From the NCBI GenBank assembly GCA_008632985.1, contig QPGO01000019.1, positions 248,001 to 312,000 of the forward strand: a stretch of DNA of 64,000 bases, in the 5' to 3' direction. A program made the translations under genes and the position numbers. Below the pieces are notes generated by a model that was not told the DNA's origin, searched no databases, and saw nothing but the letters and a program-made list of their open reading frames with translations. This document shows, piece after piece, positions 28,901 to 42,616 of this stretch (positions within the stretch are counted from its first letter, which is position 1; each line of letters starts with the position of its first letter). The DNA is from Psammoneis japonica. Taxonomy: Eukaryota.

Positions 28901-30200
28901 TACAAATGCGTCGTCGAGGTGCAGGTTGGGTACCATGACTAAAGACTGGTGCCTCGACTCCTTGTGGAGCAGCCGGCTGCTGCATTGGTGGAGCTGTAGC
29001 AGTCGTTGCAGTAGTAGGCGCCGGCTGCTGCATTGGTGGAGCTGTAGCAGTCGTTGCAGTAGTAGGCGGTGATTGCTGCATTGGTGGAGCTGGAGCAGCT
29101 GTAGTAGGGGCCGACTGCTGCGTAGGAGTTGCCGTCGTACGACGCATCTTGCCCTGTTGTTGCTGCGGCGGCGGCGGCGGTTCTTGTTTCAGTGGAGACT
29201 CGTTATTGTTGTTTCCCAAATCCCCCATGGCCGCCGCCGGCGGAGGCGAAAAGAGCCGTGTCGTTGGATCATACAGCGGAGCTTGTGGCGAAAACAGGGC
29301 GGCCCGTGGAGGCGGTGACGGAAAAAAGCCCGTCGAGGGCGGTGACGGTGCAGTATACGGCGATGGAGTATCATCCACCGAGACGGGTCCAACGTTGCGA
29401 TTGGAACGCTGGGGAGTAAAGTCAGCAGTATTGGTAGGAGGAGGAGGAGTATCGACCGAACAGGGTCCCGTGGCTCGTGGAGGGGTCGACAAAGGCGTCG
29501 TCGTTGTTGTTGCTGGCGGTGGGGCATTTGCAGCTGTAGTTGGTCTTGTTGGCGTATTCTGCTGTTGCTGCTTTGGTAGTGCAGCGGGACTCTTCTTGAA
29601 CGACTTGGTACCCATGCTACGCTCACTCCGTCCTCGTCGAAAAACACCTCTCAAACCTGAACTCTTGCTTTCTGAATTTGGAGCCGGAGCGACTTTGGAT
29701 TTCGGATAGGGCGACATGGATCTCGTTCGGAACTTGGGGACACGCCGACCACTTCTCGAACGCGAATGTACTCTATCTGGACTCCCATGGGCAGGCGGAG
29801 GAGGAGAATTGTGTCTGGAAAACTCTTGCAACGGCACCGAAGCGTTTGTAGGAGGAATCGTTGCGATAGGTTTTGCATCGACATTGTTTTCCTTTTCTTC
29901 CGAACGATCTTGTTGTTTCTCCTGCTGCTGCTCATGTACTCCAGAAGTACCATCATTCACTTGAGCATTGTTGTTGGTATTGTCAGTGACGCTGAGACCT
30001 TCCATGAGCAACATGGCTTCCGTCATGCTTCGAATCGTCTCGTCGTTGAGATTCAAATCGTGCAATCGTCCCTGAATCATTTCGGCTAATCGATTGACGT
30101 TTTGTTCGGACGAAGCTCCAATCAGATGAAGCGACTTTAATAGAGATGACAAGTCAACAGCGTCCTCGCGACGGGGCGTCGCCGCTGCTGAAGGCGTCAT
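25975..30200 (-). CDS. TPR-repeat + C-terminal DnaJ protein (DNAJC7-like) with long Pro/Gln-rich N-terminus; intron 26131-26237
   Basis: TPR motifs (LLANRAAAFL, LSCNRAACFM, YMKAKLRRCRCY); J domain HYAVLGL...VKKAYRK|LVLKHHPDKN...FRRIQEAYDVLSD. Confidence 0.92.
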
Positions 30201-30649
30201 GGTTGGATAGATATACAAGTTTTTGTTGTTCAGTGTCGGCTGTCACGGTGAAATAATTGTGTTGTGTGAAAGACGAAGAGCCAGACGGACACTGGCGAGT
30301 TTCGAATTGTCCGTTGACTTTGGTATAAAAGCTACGTAGGAAACGGTTCTGGACTCGCCCATCTCCATCCCGGAACACGAATTGATTCGTAAAGCGAGAA
30401 TTCCGTTGCCTCTTGGTTATCTAATGGTTTGATAATAAAAACTATAGTAAAATATATTAAATAATGAATAATATTTATGTATTCGTGTAAAAGACATTGT
30501 GTCAGAGAGGGCCGGCGCGTAGCAACGTCATGAAAATCCGTTCAGATAACGGTAATATTCTCGATTCAGAAATTCCGTGGATGATTCAATCGGCTTCTCT
30601 CTCCAATGAATCGTTGCACGTGAACTCCTCTGGGTAGTTCCCCCCCGAC

Positions 30650-33600
30650 CAATGATCTCAATTCACCTCGAGAGTGAGAGTGAGATGGATGCATTTTTTT
30701 GCCGATGACACAGCAATGGACAGGTTAAATGTCACGCAAATGTGTTGATGGAGATTCGCGCCACCAGCGGCTCTCCACAGAGTCGAGCAAGGCAACACCA
30801 GATCACACAGCACAGCTGCCCATTTTTTGTGGGAGAGCAGCCTTGTGCCACTCTCCTCGCCCAGGCAAATGGGAACAGCAGGCAGATGCACCATGACAAA
30901 GACACCAAGAGTTTCAAAGGGAAAACTTTCTTGTGTCTTTGTTTGGGAGGTGTGGCACACACCACTGCCCCATGGTGTGTGCTCCACCCCTCTCTTTGTG
31001 GCTCTCTTTTCATCTGGCAGTGCATTTTCTGTGTGAAGCTCTGCATGACTCAGCAAAGTCCTCTTTGCTGGCAACTGTCTGGCGCAATTTCAAGCACACA
31101 CCACTCTGTGTGTTTTGTTGCAATTTCAAGATGGCGGCTGACTCTGCATTTTGTTGTTTTGCACTTCTCACCAGTGCTCTTGTTTGGGGTTCATGTTCAG
31201 CACACTTTCAACTCCTTGTGGGGTGGGTGGGGGCTCTGATGCTTCAATGGCATGGGGATCTTTCAGTGCTTCTTTGTGGCATTTCTTCACCTTGCCATCA
31301 TCTTTCTTTGCCTCTGCTCTTTGTCATTTGCCCCATTGTTGGATGTTCCTGGGCACCCCAGGAGCTTTTCTCTTTCTTCATCATTTTCAAGAAGCACACT
31401 GTCCTGAGAGGTGGTGGGCACATGTTCTTTGGTTCAATGCAGTGCTCAGCTTTGGCACTTCCCATGTGGTGTGGCCAGGGGCTTGCTTCTGTTGACTTTT
31501 CAAAGAACTGCAACTTTGTTTGCTGCACAAAACAAGCATGCATCTGGCTGGCTCCTCTCATTTGATTTGAAGCTGTGGTGCACATCAGGTGCTGTCCTTT
31601 GACATTGAGCTGAAAGAATCAGATTTGAGGTTGTCCCTCTGCCACCCTTTTGGGCGCTGTGGAACGTTGGTCCACCACAGTTCTTGGTGTTGGTGTGTGG
31701 GCAGCAGTGGGACAATGGTGTGGTCAATTTGTGCTGTGTGCCACCACCCAGTTTTCAGGAGCCCCTTGATGGCAAGACCAAGAGGAGCTGCTGGTTTGCA
31801 CAGGACCAGATGCCCATGCTCAACCTTGGATGAGGAGAATGTCCAACTGGCATTGTTGTGCGTTTTCCACTGATTTAAGAAACTGGGTTTCATCAAACTT
31901 TTCATCCATGTCATTGCAAACAATCCATGCTCACATTGAGCTAGACCAGAACTCCAGTGGTGGGTCATCCAACAAGGCCACGAGAAGCTTGGGCCAGTGA
32001 GATTTAGCTCCATTTGGATGTCTCAGGACCAGTGCGTTCTCTAAGACTTGCGTGCATCTGGGATTGCTGTGTGCAACACACAAGCTCATCCTTCCTCTCT
32101 CCAGCAGCGTCAGGCTCTAATCTCGCAATGGAGTGTCAATCAATGTAACACACAGCATCTGTTGCAGCAAACTCATTTTGCCTGCTGCACGCAGGCTCAA
32201 GAACATTCCTTTGGATTGCAATGGCAGACAAAGCCAGCTCTCGCAACCAGCCGAGCCACTGCTCCCATCTAGAGATTCCAGTCCTGTCCACTCGAGAGTC
32301 GGGTGCTGCCTCCGTGAGCGTCTCAAGGCTGACGGGCACCAAAAGACTTTGGCGGCAAACTCATCAATGTCAGGTGCACACGGAGCGTTCGAGTGATTAA
32401 AAAGGTCCACAACAACATTGCAGGGGAGGACATTTTACATCTCATTCCCAATCATTCAAGGCCATTCGTTTCTTTCATGACCTCTTTCTTGAAGCAGTCA
32501 TTTCTTGTGGCATCATTTCAAAGAAAAAGGATGAAATCATTGGCATGTGTGATGAGGGTGTGGAGGCACTACGATCGTCTTCAAGCTCTGGCAGAGCAGT
32601 GGCTCTCTTGAAGTGCCACTGGCCAGCCCAGCAAATCCAACTCACTGATGCACAGCCCAAAGGCTACAGACATGCTGCGCATGGTGGCACTTGATGGCAC
32701 AAGCAGTCTAATGGACAAGCTTGTTTTTCAGTGCTTTGCAGTTGTTCTCAGATGCTGCCTTGAACAAACCTGACAAAATGTGGCCAAAGACCCGGCGTTC
32801 TTCAGCCCACACCTCCAGTGTGCCCAAAAGATCCCCCTGCTCTGTTGCAGACACTTTCTCCCAAATTCGTCGCCCTCCAGAGTTGACTGCCACGACTGTC
32901 TTTACAAATGACTCTAAATCATCCGTTGAACCGCAGCGGCATGGCAAACCCCGGATTGCAGCTCTCACAACGGCTTTGCTTCCATGCCAAAAGGTGCCCT
33001 CGAACGAGGAAGCTTTGAGATGCAAGTCTTGAACAAAGGCAAAGCCCCAATCAATGAGGCAGAGCTTTCCATCACTGTCTTCCATCACATTTTCCGGTCG
33101 TGTGTCTCAATGGTTTGCACCAGCAGCATGCACTCGTTTCAAGCAATCCAAAAGATGAGCAACATTCTGGACCAAAAAAGTTCCAGCAAATGGATGCAAC
33201 AGCTTGTCAAAAAACAGGGCGTTGCCTGAAACCCCAGAGCATCTCAGCAAGCCAATGACTCCTGATGCATTGAGGTGATCCATTGTTCCTTTCTCATGAT
33301 CTGCAAGTTGCTCAAAACCATTCTTCATTGCCTTGACGGCACCTTCCAGACCCCCCAGTCTGGCTGCACACACCTTGCTGGCAGCCCCTTCCCCCACACA
33401 AGAACAAACCTCAATTCTTTCTCCTTTGACATCCTTGTCAAACTTGGGAAACTCATGTCCAAGTTCAGAGGATGTCTTTGACAGCATTGTCAGAAGCTGA
33501 CGCTGCCCATCACACCCAGGATTCAGTGATGCGGGCCCTGAAATCTTGGCAACAAATTGACCATCATTTCCTGATGCCTCTGCCCAGCACATTGACTTTT

Positions 33601-36600
33601 CATCCAAACAGCAATGAAAAAGTGCTGTGCAGACCTTTTGTCTTCCCCTCTGCATGCAGAGCAATCATTCACCACAGTCAACAATTTCCATTTGATCAAC
33701 ATCGTGGCACTGTTTCTTCTGTTCGAAAGCGATTGTCACATCACACTTTGATTGTGGCATTCTGACTTTGTCGGGAGAGGCCACGAACGGTTCACCGCGT
33801 GTGAAGCTTCTGTCATGGCAAAGTCGGGTTCAACTCCTGATGAACATCCATCATCCAGTTTCAGCCAGTGGTCCGATTTAGTCCAGAGCAATCTCTGACA
33901 AACAGCCCAGCCTTCAGCCAAGGCAGAGTCTACCAACTTCTTTGTCTCTTTGAGAAAACAAGGATGATGAATGTTGTTCTCATCTTTGGATTGGTCTGGC
34001 GCATCACCCTGGAAAGCAGTCGTTGCCACTGAATCAACCAAAGGAAAGAAGAAAGGCGCCCCCAAGGAAATTCGATTTTGTGCGATCAGAGAGGAGAATG
34101 CATGACTCTTGGACACATGTGATGGAGTTCTTTTCGGGTGCCCTCGAGCTTCAAGAATGCGATGTTTGATGACCAGCGCCTCAAGAGTTTGTTCTGCCTG
34201 CCGTTTGAATGAATCAATCACTTCGGATTGCTGCTGATGAGAAAGCGTGTTGCTCAAGTGTCAGGCCACGGGGTTGGAAATGTGAACTTCCTTGAGTTCA
34301 TCAAAACTCACCCCAACGAGCATCGAAGGCAAACAATGCCCATTGTTGCACAACACGTCCGCTGACATTCCTGCCACAGTGTTGTCCACCCCCCGACTTT
34401 TCATCCAGTCCATGAGCTCATGCGAGCTTTCAAACCGTTTGTCCTCCATCTTGACGAGGACCGGAGCTGATTTTGTGTGAATGTGGCAACAACGACAAGC
34501 AACAAGCAACAGTTCGACGGAGCACGGTGATCCCATGCCCCATGGCCGTGCGTCCTGCCATCATTGTTGCGGGCGCTTGAATGAAATGGGCGTTCGTGCT
34601 CTGTAAATTGTTTGTTTTGTTGACGCTCTGCACAGCACCTGTCCACAGCAGGCGTTGTTGTGGATTGAAAGGACAAGCAGGCGTTGCTGTGTTCACCACA
34701 GTCAGTGGCTCCCAGGAGTCATGTGTTTTTTTAGATTGACATCAACATTGATGGCCCTCTGCCAACACTGGCTCTGCCACCGCCACTGCCGCCACCATGC
34801 CTGCTGACACAGCAGCAAGAACAGTTGACAAAGAAACAGCAATTCCGCACCAGAATTGAAACAGATCCTTTCACTTTTCCAAAGGTGCCAGGGGCATTTT
34901 CCTCACATGAAAAGCATGAGGGAAAAGAAATGCCATTGTTGGTGTCTCTCAGCAAAACAAAATGGCGTCTTCTTGTTTGACAGTCAGCTGGTGCTGCTGG
35001 AGTCACTCAACAAGCACGCAGGACTTGAGTGCTTCATCTCATCTTTTCATTCTTTGACAGTCATCTTGCTCATGTTTTGAATGAAACAATGCCAGGAAGG
35101 AGAAGTGCAGTGAGAAGCAGCTGTGGACATGGTTGCCCACCACATGAGTGAGATGCCAGAGACACCACCCACTTCTGCAACCCTTGGGTTGATGGCTTGG
35201 ATGTTCCAGCCAACTTTGCTGAGAAATGAAATGAAACTGCAAAGATGCCAATGGGCAATGATGCAGGTGCAACTGCTGACAAAGACTTGCTTGAATCACC
35301 AAGTTTTGGAAAGAACAAGATGCAGGGTGCAGCACTGTTGGAGAGTTTGCAGCCAGAGTGTGTCGTGGATGCAGAGATCTCAATGACCTGACCAAGTGCT
35401 TCTTCAATTGGCAAAGAAGCTCTTGCACACATTCAAAAAAAAACATCAGTTTGCTTTGCATGTTTTGGTGCTGTTCAAGTTCAAGGATGATGGGAAACTT
35501 TAAAATCAGTGAGGACACTCACAAGTGCAAGGGTGCAATCATGTTTGGGGTGCCAACACAGCTTTGCAGAGCCTGCTGCCACATGGTGCATTCTGTGAAA
35601 TGTTTGGAAAGTTCCTGAGTGGGTGCAAGAAGGAGCACACATTGGATGAGAAGAGAGGGACTGTCAATGAAAGCTCAGCAGATCTCACATCCCTGTGGGG
35701 CACTGCTGTGCAAGTTGATTCTGAGGTGTGGGCTTTGGATGACAGATGACAAACAACATCTTTGTGTGGTTTTGGACCATGCCCCAACAGAACTTCATGG
35801 CATGATCAGTGTCCATTGATCCTCTTTCAACATGAGGAATTTCAAACTTGGTCATTGCAGCACTGCAGACAAATGTGATGATTCAAAAGCCAACAAAGCT
35901 GGGGGATGGCTTTTAGTGAAGAACATCAGTGCAAGTCCCAAGGGCTGGATGATGTGATTCTGGGCTGGACTTGGAGCATGGTTTGCCCTTTGTGCAGGGA
36001 GAAGTCCATGATTGGCAGCAGCTGTCTTTTTTTTTGGGCAAAGGTGCACAAGAAAGCACTGCCTCAAAAAAGCATTGTGAGCAACTGGCTGGCATTGTGG
36101 AGGAGCACATCATGCAGCAGCAGGTGCTGACAAGCCATGTGGAGGAGAGGGGTGTTTCAGCCCTTCTTGTGGTTTCCACAAGGGCTTGGTGACACACATG
36201 GTGGCAGACCCTGCGCTCCTCCTCCCATCCATTGCTGCTGTTTTGAGGAGAGGGAAATGGGGTGCGGGGAGTGTTCTCAACTCTGCTGGCACTTTGGCAG
36301 TGTTGGCAACCACCACCATGGCTGCACATTGGCAAGTTTGGATCCAAACCAAAGCTTCATTTGATGCACTGCCATCTCATTGAAGTGCTGTCAATCTGAT
36401 GGCAAATGAGCACATTTTGCATGGAATGGTGAAAACTTTTAGTGGGACATTGTTGGAAGGGCAAAGCACTTTCCTTCTGATCACAATGCAGTGCTTTGCT
36501 TGCACAATCTTTCATGCCAACACAGAGTCTTGTTGACAAAAAGGAGTCATGGCTCTGGCCAACACTTCATGAAGCTGTTGATTCCATGCAACCAACATCC

Positions 36601-38330
36601 AGTTGATGAGCTGTGCTCACTTGCAACAACAGAGCTGAAAGAACGGGGGTGACATCAACCATGATGAGAGTCCTGCCACATGTCACCACTTTGAGACAGC
36701 TGGAAGAGATCACAAACACCATGAGTGCTCTTGTCAATGACTTCTTAAGTCAGACTTGACATGATTTTGACTGCTGGCTGCAGGTGATGCAATTGAAAAG
36801 AAAGCATGAGAATTGGGCATGTCATGGGCAACTGTTTTAAAAAAATGCTCTGGCAACATGCCAAAAGGAAATGGCAGCCACAATGACATCTAAATTGGGC
36901 AGCACAAAGCTTGTGCAACAAGCAACGAATGGCAAATGACAGAGCATTTTTTGGTGATTTGGATGGCCAATGCAACACCAGCAGAGTCAATGTGGGACCA
37001 ATCACCAGCTTGTTTTGCATGATGGGAAAATGTGCTTTTTTCCCTGAGAACTTTTAGCTCCCAAAAGCAACACCAAAGAGTGGCCTTCAGCTCCAGCTTT
37101 GCAGCCATGCAGCACCCAACAATGATGCTGAAGTTGCACCGCCTTTTCACAAACTGTCTCCTGGAACTCTCCTGCCAAATCTCAAGAAGGTGTTTTTCTT
37201 TCATGTCATGGACAACAATGTGTCACTGACACCTGTTCTGGAGAAGAACATTGAACAAGGCAAACTCTCTGTCAGTGGACCAAGCCTCAAATGACAAGGC
37301 TTTTGATGCACTCTGTGACAAGTGTGCTGTGTGCTCGAAGCTTGAAGAGTCAGTGTTGTGTTGCTTTGTCAAAGAGAATGCCTTGAGTTGGATGCACTTC
37401 AACCCAGTGCAATCATGTTTCAAGATCCACAGCAGAAAAGCAAGGTTTAGAGGCTGACAAGCAGTGCCTGATTCCAACCTCAAATTGCAACAAAGGGAAA
37501 GAGACTGGGGTTGTGAAATGCCCTGACAGAAAGGCCCATCAACAGGAGAATGAGGGGAGAAAACAATGCAGAACAGCAGCAACAACAATGGCCGTGATTT
37601 TGTGAGAAGCGCACTTGTTGCAAAGTTGCCCAAGAGACATCAGACATGCATCAAGAGTGCAGGATGCCAAATCCAGCAGCAGATGGCAGATAAAATGGCA
37701 AAAGAGAGAGGAGAACAAAAACGGCAATGTGTGCCATGGTGGGTGTTGGGGTCGGCAGCCCACAGAGGAGGATGGATTGCTGATGCTGCTCTTCATGCCC
37801 CAGTCACAGACTGAAAGGAGCAGTGCATCAGCTGTGGTGCTGACAAACCATGATCTTCAGGTGGATGGTGGCCTGCAGTGCCACAATCAAGTGGCTGATG
37901 CTGTGGAAGAGCTGCAGAACAGTTTGTGCGAGGCACATCAACAACCCCCCTGGGCGGAGAGGGACGCACAGCAACAACGTGCCCAAAGCAACAATCTGGG
38001 TGTGGCGCAGCTCAGTCAAGACACGTGTTGTTCAGTTGCATGCAAGGAGGGTCATGAAGGCGAGAACAACAGATGTTGCAGCCCACTTGGAAGTTGACCA
38101 ACCAGCAGTGTGCCTGTGTTTTGCCGCCACATGTGCTGGCACAACAATGAGATCAATTTTGCAGCATGAGAGACACTGACCCTGTGATGAGTTCCCTCTC
38201 ATAACATGTGTTGCAGTGTATGAAGCAAAATCAAGGGTGCAAGCTCTGTTTTAACTTTCCTGCTCACGCTGCGGCACCCCACACAAAGTGCATGCAGCAG
38301 TCTCGCGCCAAATCAGATCGGACGGACGGA
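30650..38330. repeat. TpA-depleted block 3 (CpG-poor flanks, CpG-retaining core ~32040-34700)
   Basis: Abrupt loss of TA after ~30640 and return at ~38330; core contains the kinase pseudogene. Confidence 0.75.
32708..34449 (-). pseudogene. Degenerate protein kinase with N-terminal helical and possible PD-(D/E)xK-like segment (Crinkler-like architecture)
   Basis: G-loop CVGEGAASKVC, AVK lysine, H*DTRPENV (HRD with a TGA stop), LIDWGF, DDLESF; upstream VEPDF motif; in-frame TGA stops and one frameshift; Tyr absent. Confidence 0.75.
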
Positions 38331-38504
38331 CGGATACATCCCGAACCGATGACGTGTTGCTCGCGTCACTGAAAGAAAGTCAAGAACGCCTAGCGTATGG
38401 CTGGTCCACCACACAACTTTTCACACACATTTATTTCGATGGCGGAGGGAGATTTCAGATTGGTCAAAGCGAAAAAAGCAACACAACCTAACAACATCAT
38501 CACC

Positions 38505-39443
38505 ATGGCGTGTACGTCATCGTCACCTTTAATTGGAGTATTGGCTCTTCAGGGTGCCTTTGAAGAGCATCAGCAGTGTCTGGAAGCCGTTGGATGTCGT
38601 ACAATTCAAGTGAGTTGTAGTCCTCACAGTCACTTTTTTCTTACAAGAAGAACAATTCTCGATTCACTCACTCAATTCTTTTTATTAGGTCCGTACTCCA
38701 CAAGAACTAATTGGCATTGATGGAATTGTCCTTCCAGGCGGAGAATCGACTGCCATGGGTTTGATTGGAACTAGCAGTGGTGGTGGAGATTTATGGAAAT
38801 CACTCCAACAATTCGACAAGCCCACGTGGGGTACGTGTGCCGGCATGATTTTATTGGCGGAAAAGTGTGTCGGAGCCTCCGCCGTTATCGCACAAGGACA
38901 AGCCTGATTGGTGGTTTGAAAGTACTCGTGTGCCGAAACTACTTTGGATCGCAAATTTCCTCGTTTGAAATGCCTACACCGGGGCCACCGAATTCGAAAG
39001 AAGATTTTCCGGGAGTCTTTATTCGTGCTCCCGCCATTTTGTCGGTTGGACCCAATGTAGAGGTATTGGGAAAGGTTGTAGCAACACCGTGTCGACAAGC
39101 CGCAGTAGTGTTGCAACAATTGGATGAAAAGCTGGAGCGTGGAGAACAAGTCGCGGTAATGGGTGTTGTCGATGCGCTGGAACGAAACGCACATGGTTTG
39201 GAATACAAGGAGGTTGTGCAAAATGAAGCTGAAGAAGAGAAAAAGGATTCGCAGCTTGAAGAAATCCCAATTGAATTGCCTGGAGCGTCCCATGGGACCA
39301 ATGCACGCGAAGTGATTTGTGCGGTAAAGCAAGACAAGTTGCTGTGCACCGCCTTTCATCCGGAATTGACGACAGACTATCGTTGGCACTCGTATTTTGC
39401 CGACATGGTTAGAAAAGACATGGAAGATATAAAGAAATCGTAA
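38505..39443 (+). CDS. PDX2: Pyridoxal 5'-phosphate synthase glutaminase subunit; intron 38610-38688; one -1 frameshift at ~38905
   Basis: IGVLALQGAFEEH, LPGGEST, WGTCAGMILLA, RNYFGSQ, FIRAP, TAFHPELT. Confidence 0.95.
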
Positions 39444-39906
39444 TGAGGAGAAGGGTTGAAGTGAGTTGCGGATGCATGGAGAAGTAGTGGATAATGCTTC
39501 ACTACTTTTTGATCCACATTTTTGCCACCGAGAATGTAGTCGATCGATTCGACTTTTTGTATATGATCTTTATTCATTTTGTATATGAGTTAAAAATAAA
39601 CGTTCGAACTTTCCGTTGCATTTGTTTACTAAAATACTATGAAATGAATAGTTTATATCAGAAAGCTGTTGCTGCCGTTGAGATCACAAGGCGGATGACC
39701 CCAATCTGCTCACACAACCGACCTCACTCAGCAAACCCACAAAAACAACAAAACCAGTACTTTGCATTGACGGGATCGAGTTTCACAGGTACGATGCTTC
39801 AAAAATACATTTCAGTGGTGCTTTGCTTGTATGTGCTCTGGTCGATCTAACCATGCTTGTTTCGTGTTTCGGTGTCTGCAGGTCAACGACTGCATCAAAC
39901 CGAAAA

Positions 39907-40878
39907 ATGAGGCTTTTCAAGAGTATCTTTCTTGTCCCCATTGTAGTACAAGGCACGACATATTATTATGCTCCAAATCCAACTCCGTCGATAAAATACT
40001 ATTTCCCAACTCATTCGCCAACTCTGTCGGTTGTTCCCACGATATCTCCTGCCAGCAGCAACACTCTTACAGTGCTAGATGACAAATTCAAGCCATTCCA
40101 AAAGTGTGAGGGACCGTGTGTTCATCACGGTGATTGTGCTTCGGGTTTGTGTCAGAAGCGGTCCATGTTTGAGCCGGTTGCGGGATGCACTGGTGACGGG
40201 GAACGGGGAACCAATTATTGTTATGATCCTCAAGATGGACTTGCCGCTCCACAAGTGCCCGTTGGACCCATGCGTCTACGACAGGTATGTATGGAGTCTT
40301 TCCCCCTCAAACTACAATGCAAGCACATATGACGTCTTTCTAAATCCTTTCATGTGTCTCTCATTCCCTTTAGTATTGGGAAGATGGATTCATGTGGCAG
40401 GAGAACCCAAAGGAAATGTTTTGGTGCTTGGACGAAAGTGGCGGCGCTGGACGCAAACCAAAAGTGTTCGAATGCGATGATAGAAGCACAAAGTTTGAGC
40501 TGATTTATTCCAAAAATGGATATGGGGAACAAATCAAAGTGCACAAAGAGGACTTGTGTCTTGCAAGGACGGGAAGCACGCTTGTAACGTATGAAAAGTG
40601 CAACTCGACCAACATTGATCAACGGTGGCTTGCCAATTGGGTGTCCCGAAAGACCGATATTCGGCCCATTAATAAGCGTGACAAGTGTCTCACACAACAT
40701 CATGTAAGTTGAGAGTGCCTTTTGTCGATTGCCGTTCTTCGCTGTTTACTAATGCTGTTGCAACTGTTGTTCTTCAATCTTCTTCCTTTTGTAGCATCCT
40801 AAAAAGGGCGAAATTGTCAAAATCGAAGACTGTTGGACTGCACACTTTACATACACAGCCGACTGGCAAATCTATTAG
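39907..40878 (+). CDS. Frustulin-like cell-wall protein A (1 ACR domain + Trp-rich C-terminal domain); introns 40285-40373 and 40704-40794
   Basis: Signal peptide, Pro/Thr/Ser linker, CEGPC...DC...CQKR...GC.G.G...NYCYDP, then RLRQYWEDGFMWQE...CLTQHHHPK. Confidence 0.85.
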
Positions 40879-41014
40879 TAATGACCGTAATCATACCTAC
40901 TGCATCAAGGGGAGCATGTTGAAGTTTCGGAAGAAATCAAATTTAGAGATAGAATCCATGAGATCCTTAACTACGTTATGTCAAGCCACACTCGAGGTTA
41001 CATTCCGCTGCTTA

Positions 41015-42072
41015 TTAGAACATTTCCCAATATCCTGTATCAGTCAAGTGAGCGCGGTCGCATCCGTTAATGTACACGACTTCACCAGGCTTTGGATGCT
41101 ACGTATGAATGGAAGCGTAGACAAAAGGCAAGATTGGAGATGAGCACCAATGGAACATAAAAATAGCCACGTATGGATCAAACTCGATCAACTTACATGA
41201 TGCTGGCTCAAACAACCGGATCCTCGCGTAACCGGACGAATATCAAAACGTCGTGATACCCAATTTCCAAACCATTGCTGGCGACTATTCTCCTTCTCAC
41301 ATCGCTGGTAGGTAACATTGGTGTTTCCCGTTCTTTCCAAACATAAATTTTCATTGCGCACTTTGATTTGGTCTCCCATTTTCGTCGCCAAGTAGACAAG
41401 CTCGAACTTGGTGGATCGCCTGTCACAATTCTGGATAAGAGGTACACTACCCAAACCGTCATGCTCTAGACAATAAAATGTCTCTTCATAAGTCTCTTGC
41501 CAAAAGTATTGATGATTCCAATAAAGCCGTAGCCGAAACGACCCCGACGGTAGCTCTGGCACAAAGGGACCATCGTTAGGGTCGACACAAAAGTTGACTC
41601 CCGCCGCATCACCCGATCCGTCGCAGCCAATAACGGGTTCCAACAAGGATCTCTTTTGGCACACTAGTGTACCGCTACAATCAGTGTCGTCTCGACATGG
41701 TCCTTCGCACTTGTCGTATTGTCCCAAGCCCGTTTCAAGAGTTGCAACGTGGCTTCGTGACGGTGAAAGGGATGGTTCATCCGAAGGAACGTTACTTTGC
41801 GACGGATATGCCGTCGGAACCATAGACGGAAACATGGACGGACTCATGGATGGGGTCATAGATGGAAGTTGTGACGGAGACGTTGAGTTTTCGTCGAGGA
41901 AACCAAGGCGCTCTAGTGCGGCTTGCAGAACAGCAGTCGCCGTGGCGAGATCTTGTGGCACATTATCTGCGACCCGATTATCCCGGAGTCCTCGCCTCCC
42001 CAAAACACCAAACGGGTTGAAACAAAACATAATAAAAGCAAAATACCAATACATCACTGACATTGATTTCAT
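41015..42072 (-). CDS. Frustulin-like protein B; intron 41099-41196
   Basis: Signal, RRGLR propeptide-like motif, PSM(T/S/F/V)PS repeats, CEGPCRDDTDC ACR domain, RLRLYWNHQYFWQE Trp-rich domain. Confidence 0.85.
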
Positions 42073-42616
42073 TCTTGATGCTCGGGATGGAAGTGGTGTG
42101 TGATGTAGATATGCTACTTGTTGTTCCTTCCGAACGGGAAATGAATTTTGCGCAAAACGCACAACGCTACTACTCCATCGAGTGAATTGTGTGGATTGAA
42201 AAAAAAAAATGGGTGAGTTGTGACTTTACATGTAAGGATTTCGGTTGAACGAGGTGACATTCAGTGGGGCACTTTGCAAATTGTGAGCACAAATTGAGAG
42301 AAGGTGGGAACAAGATTGTTTCCGTTGAGGTGTTGAGTGAGTTATACAACATTGAATAGCAAATTTGAATGATGATTTATTAGTATATTAATAGTTATAA
42401 TATTTCAACGGCTTCTAAAAACTCCGCAACCACAAAAACAACGGATCGGAGAGAAGAAGTAGACTAAGTCAGTGTTCATTGTCAACCTCGTCATACTCAA
42501 GCGCTTCTGTATTGGAAACTTGATTGATACTCGAGACGTCGTTAAACGGAGATTCGGAGCAGCTGTTGGAATTTTCTTGGCAATAGAGAAAGACACCTCC
42601 ATCTCCAATTTCGAAA

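Noticed and set aside
28540..29110. Regularly spaced repeats in the DnaJ gene
   Set aside because: In-frame Pro/Gln/Ala coding repeats without unique spacers.
37828..38019. LRPGG resembling a tyrosine-recombinase motif
   Set aside because: No other catalytic residues could be placed.
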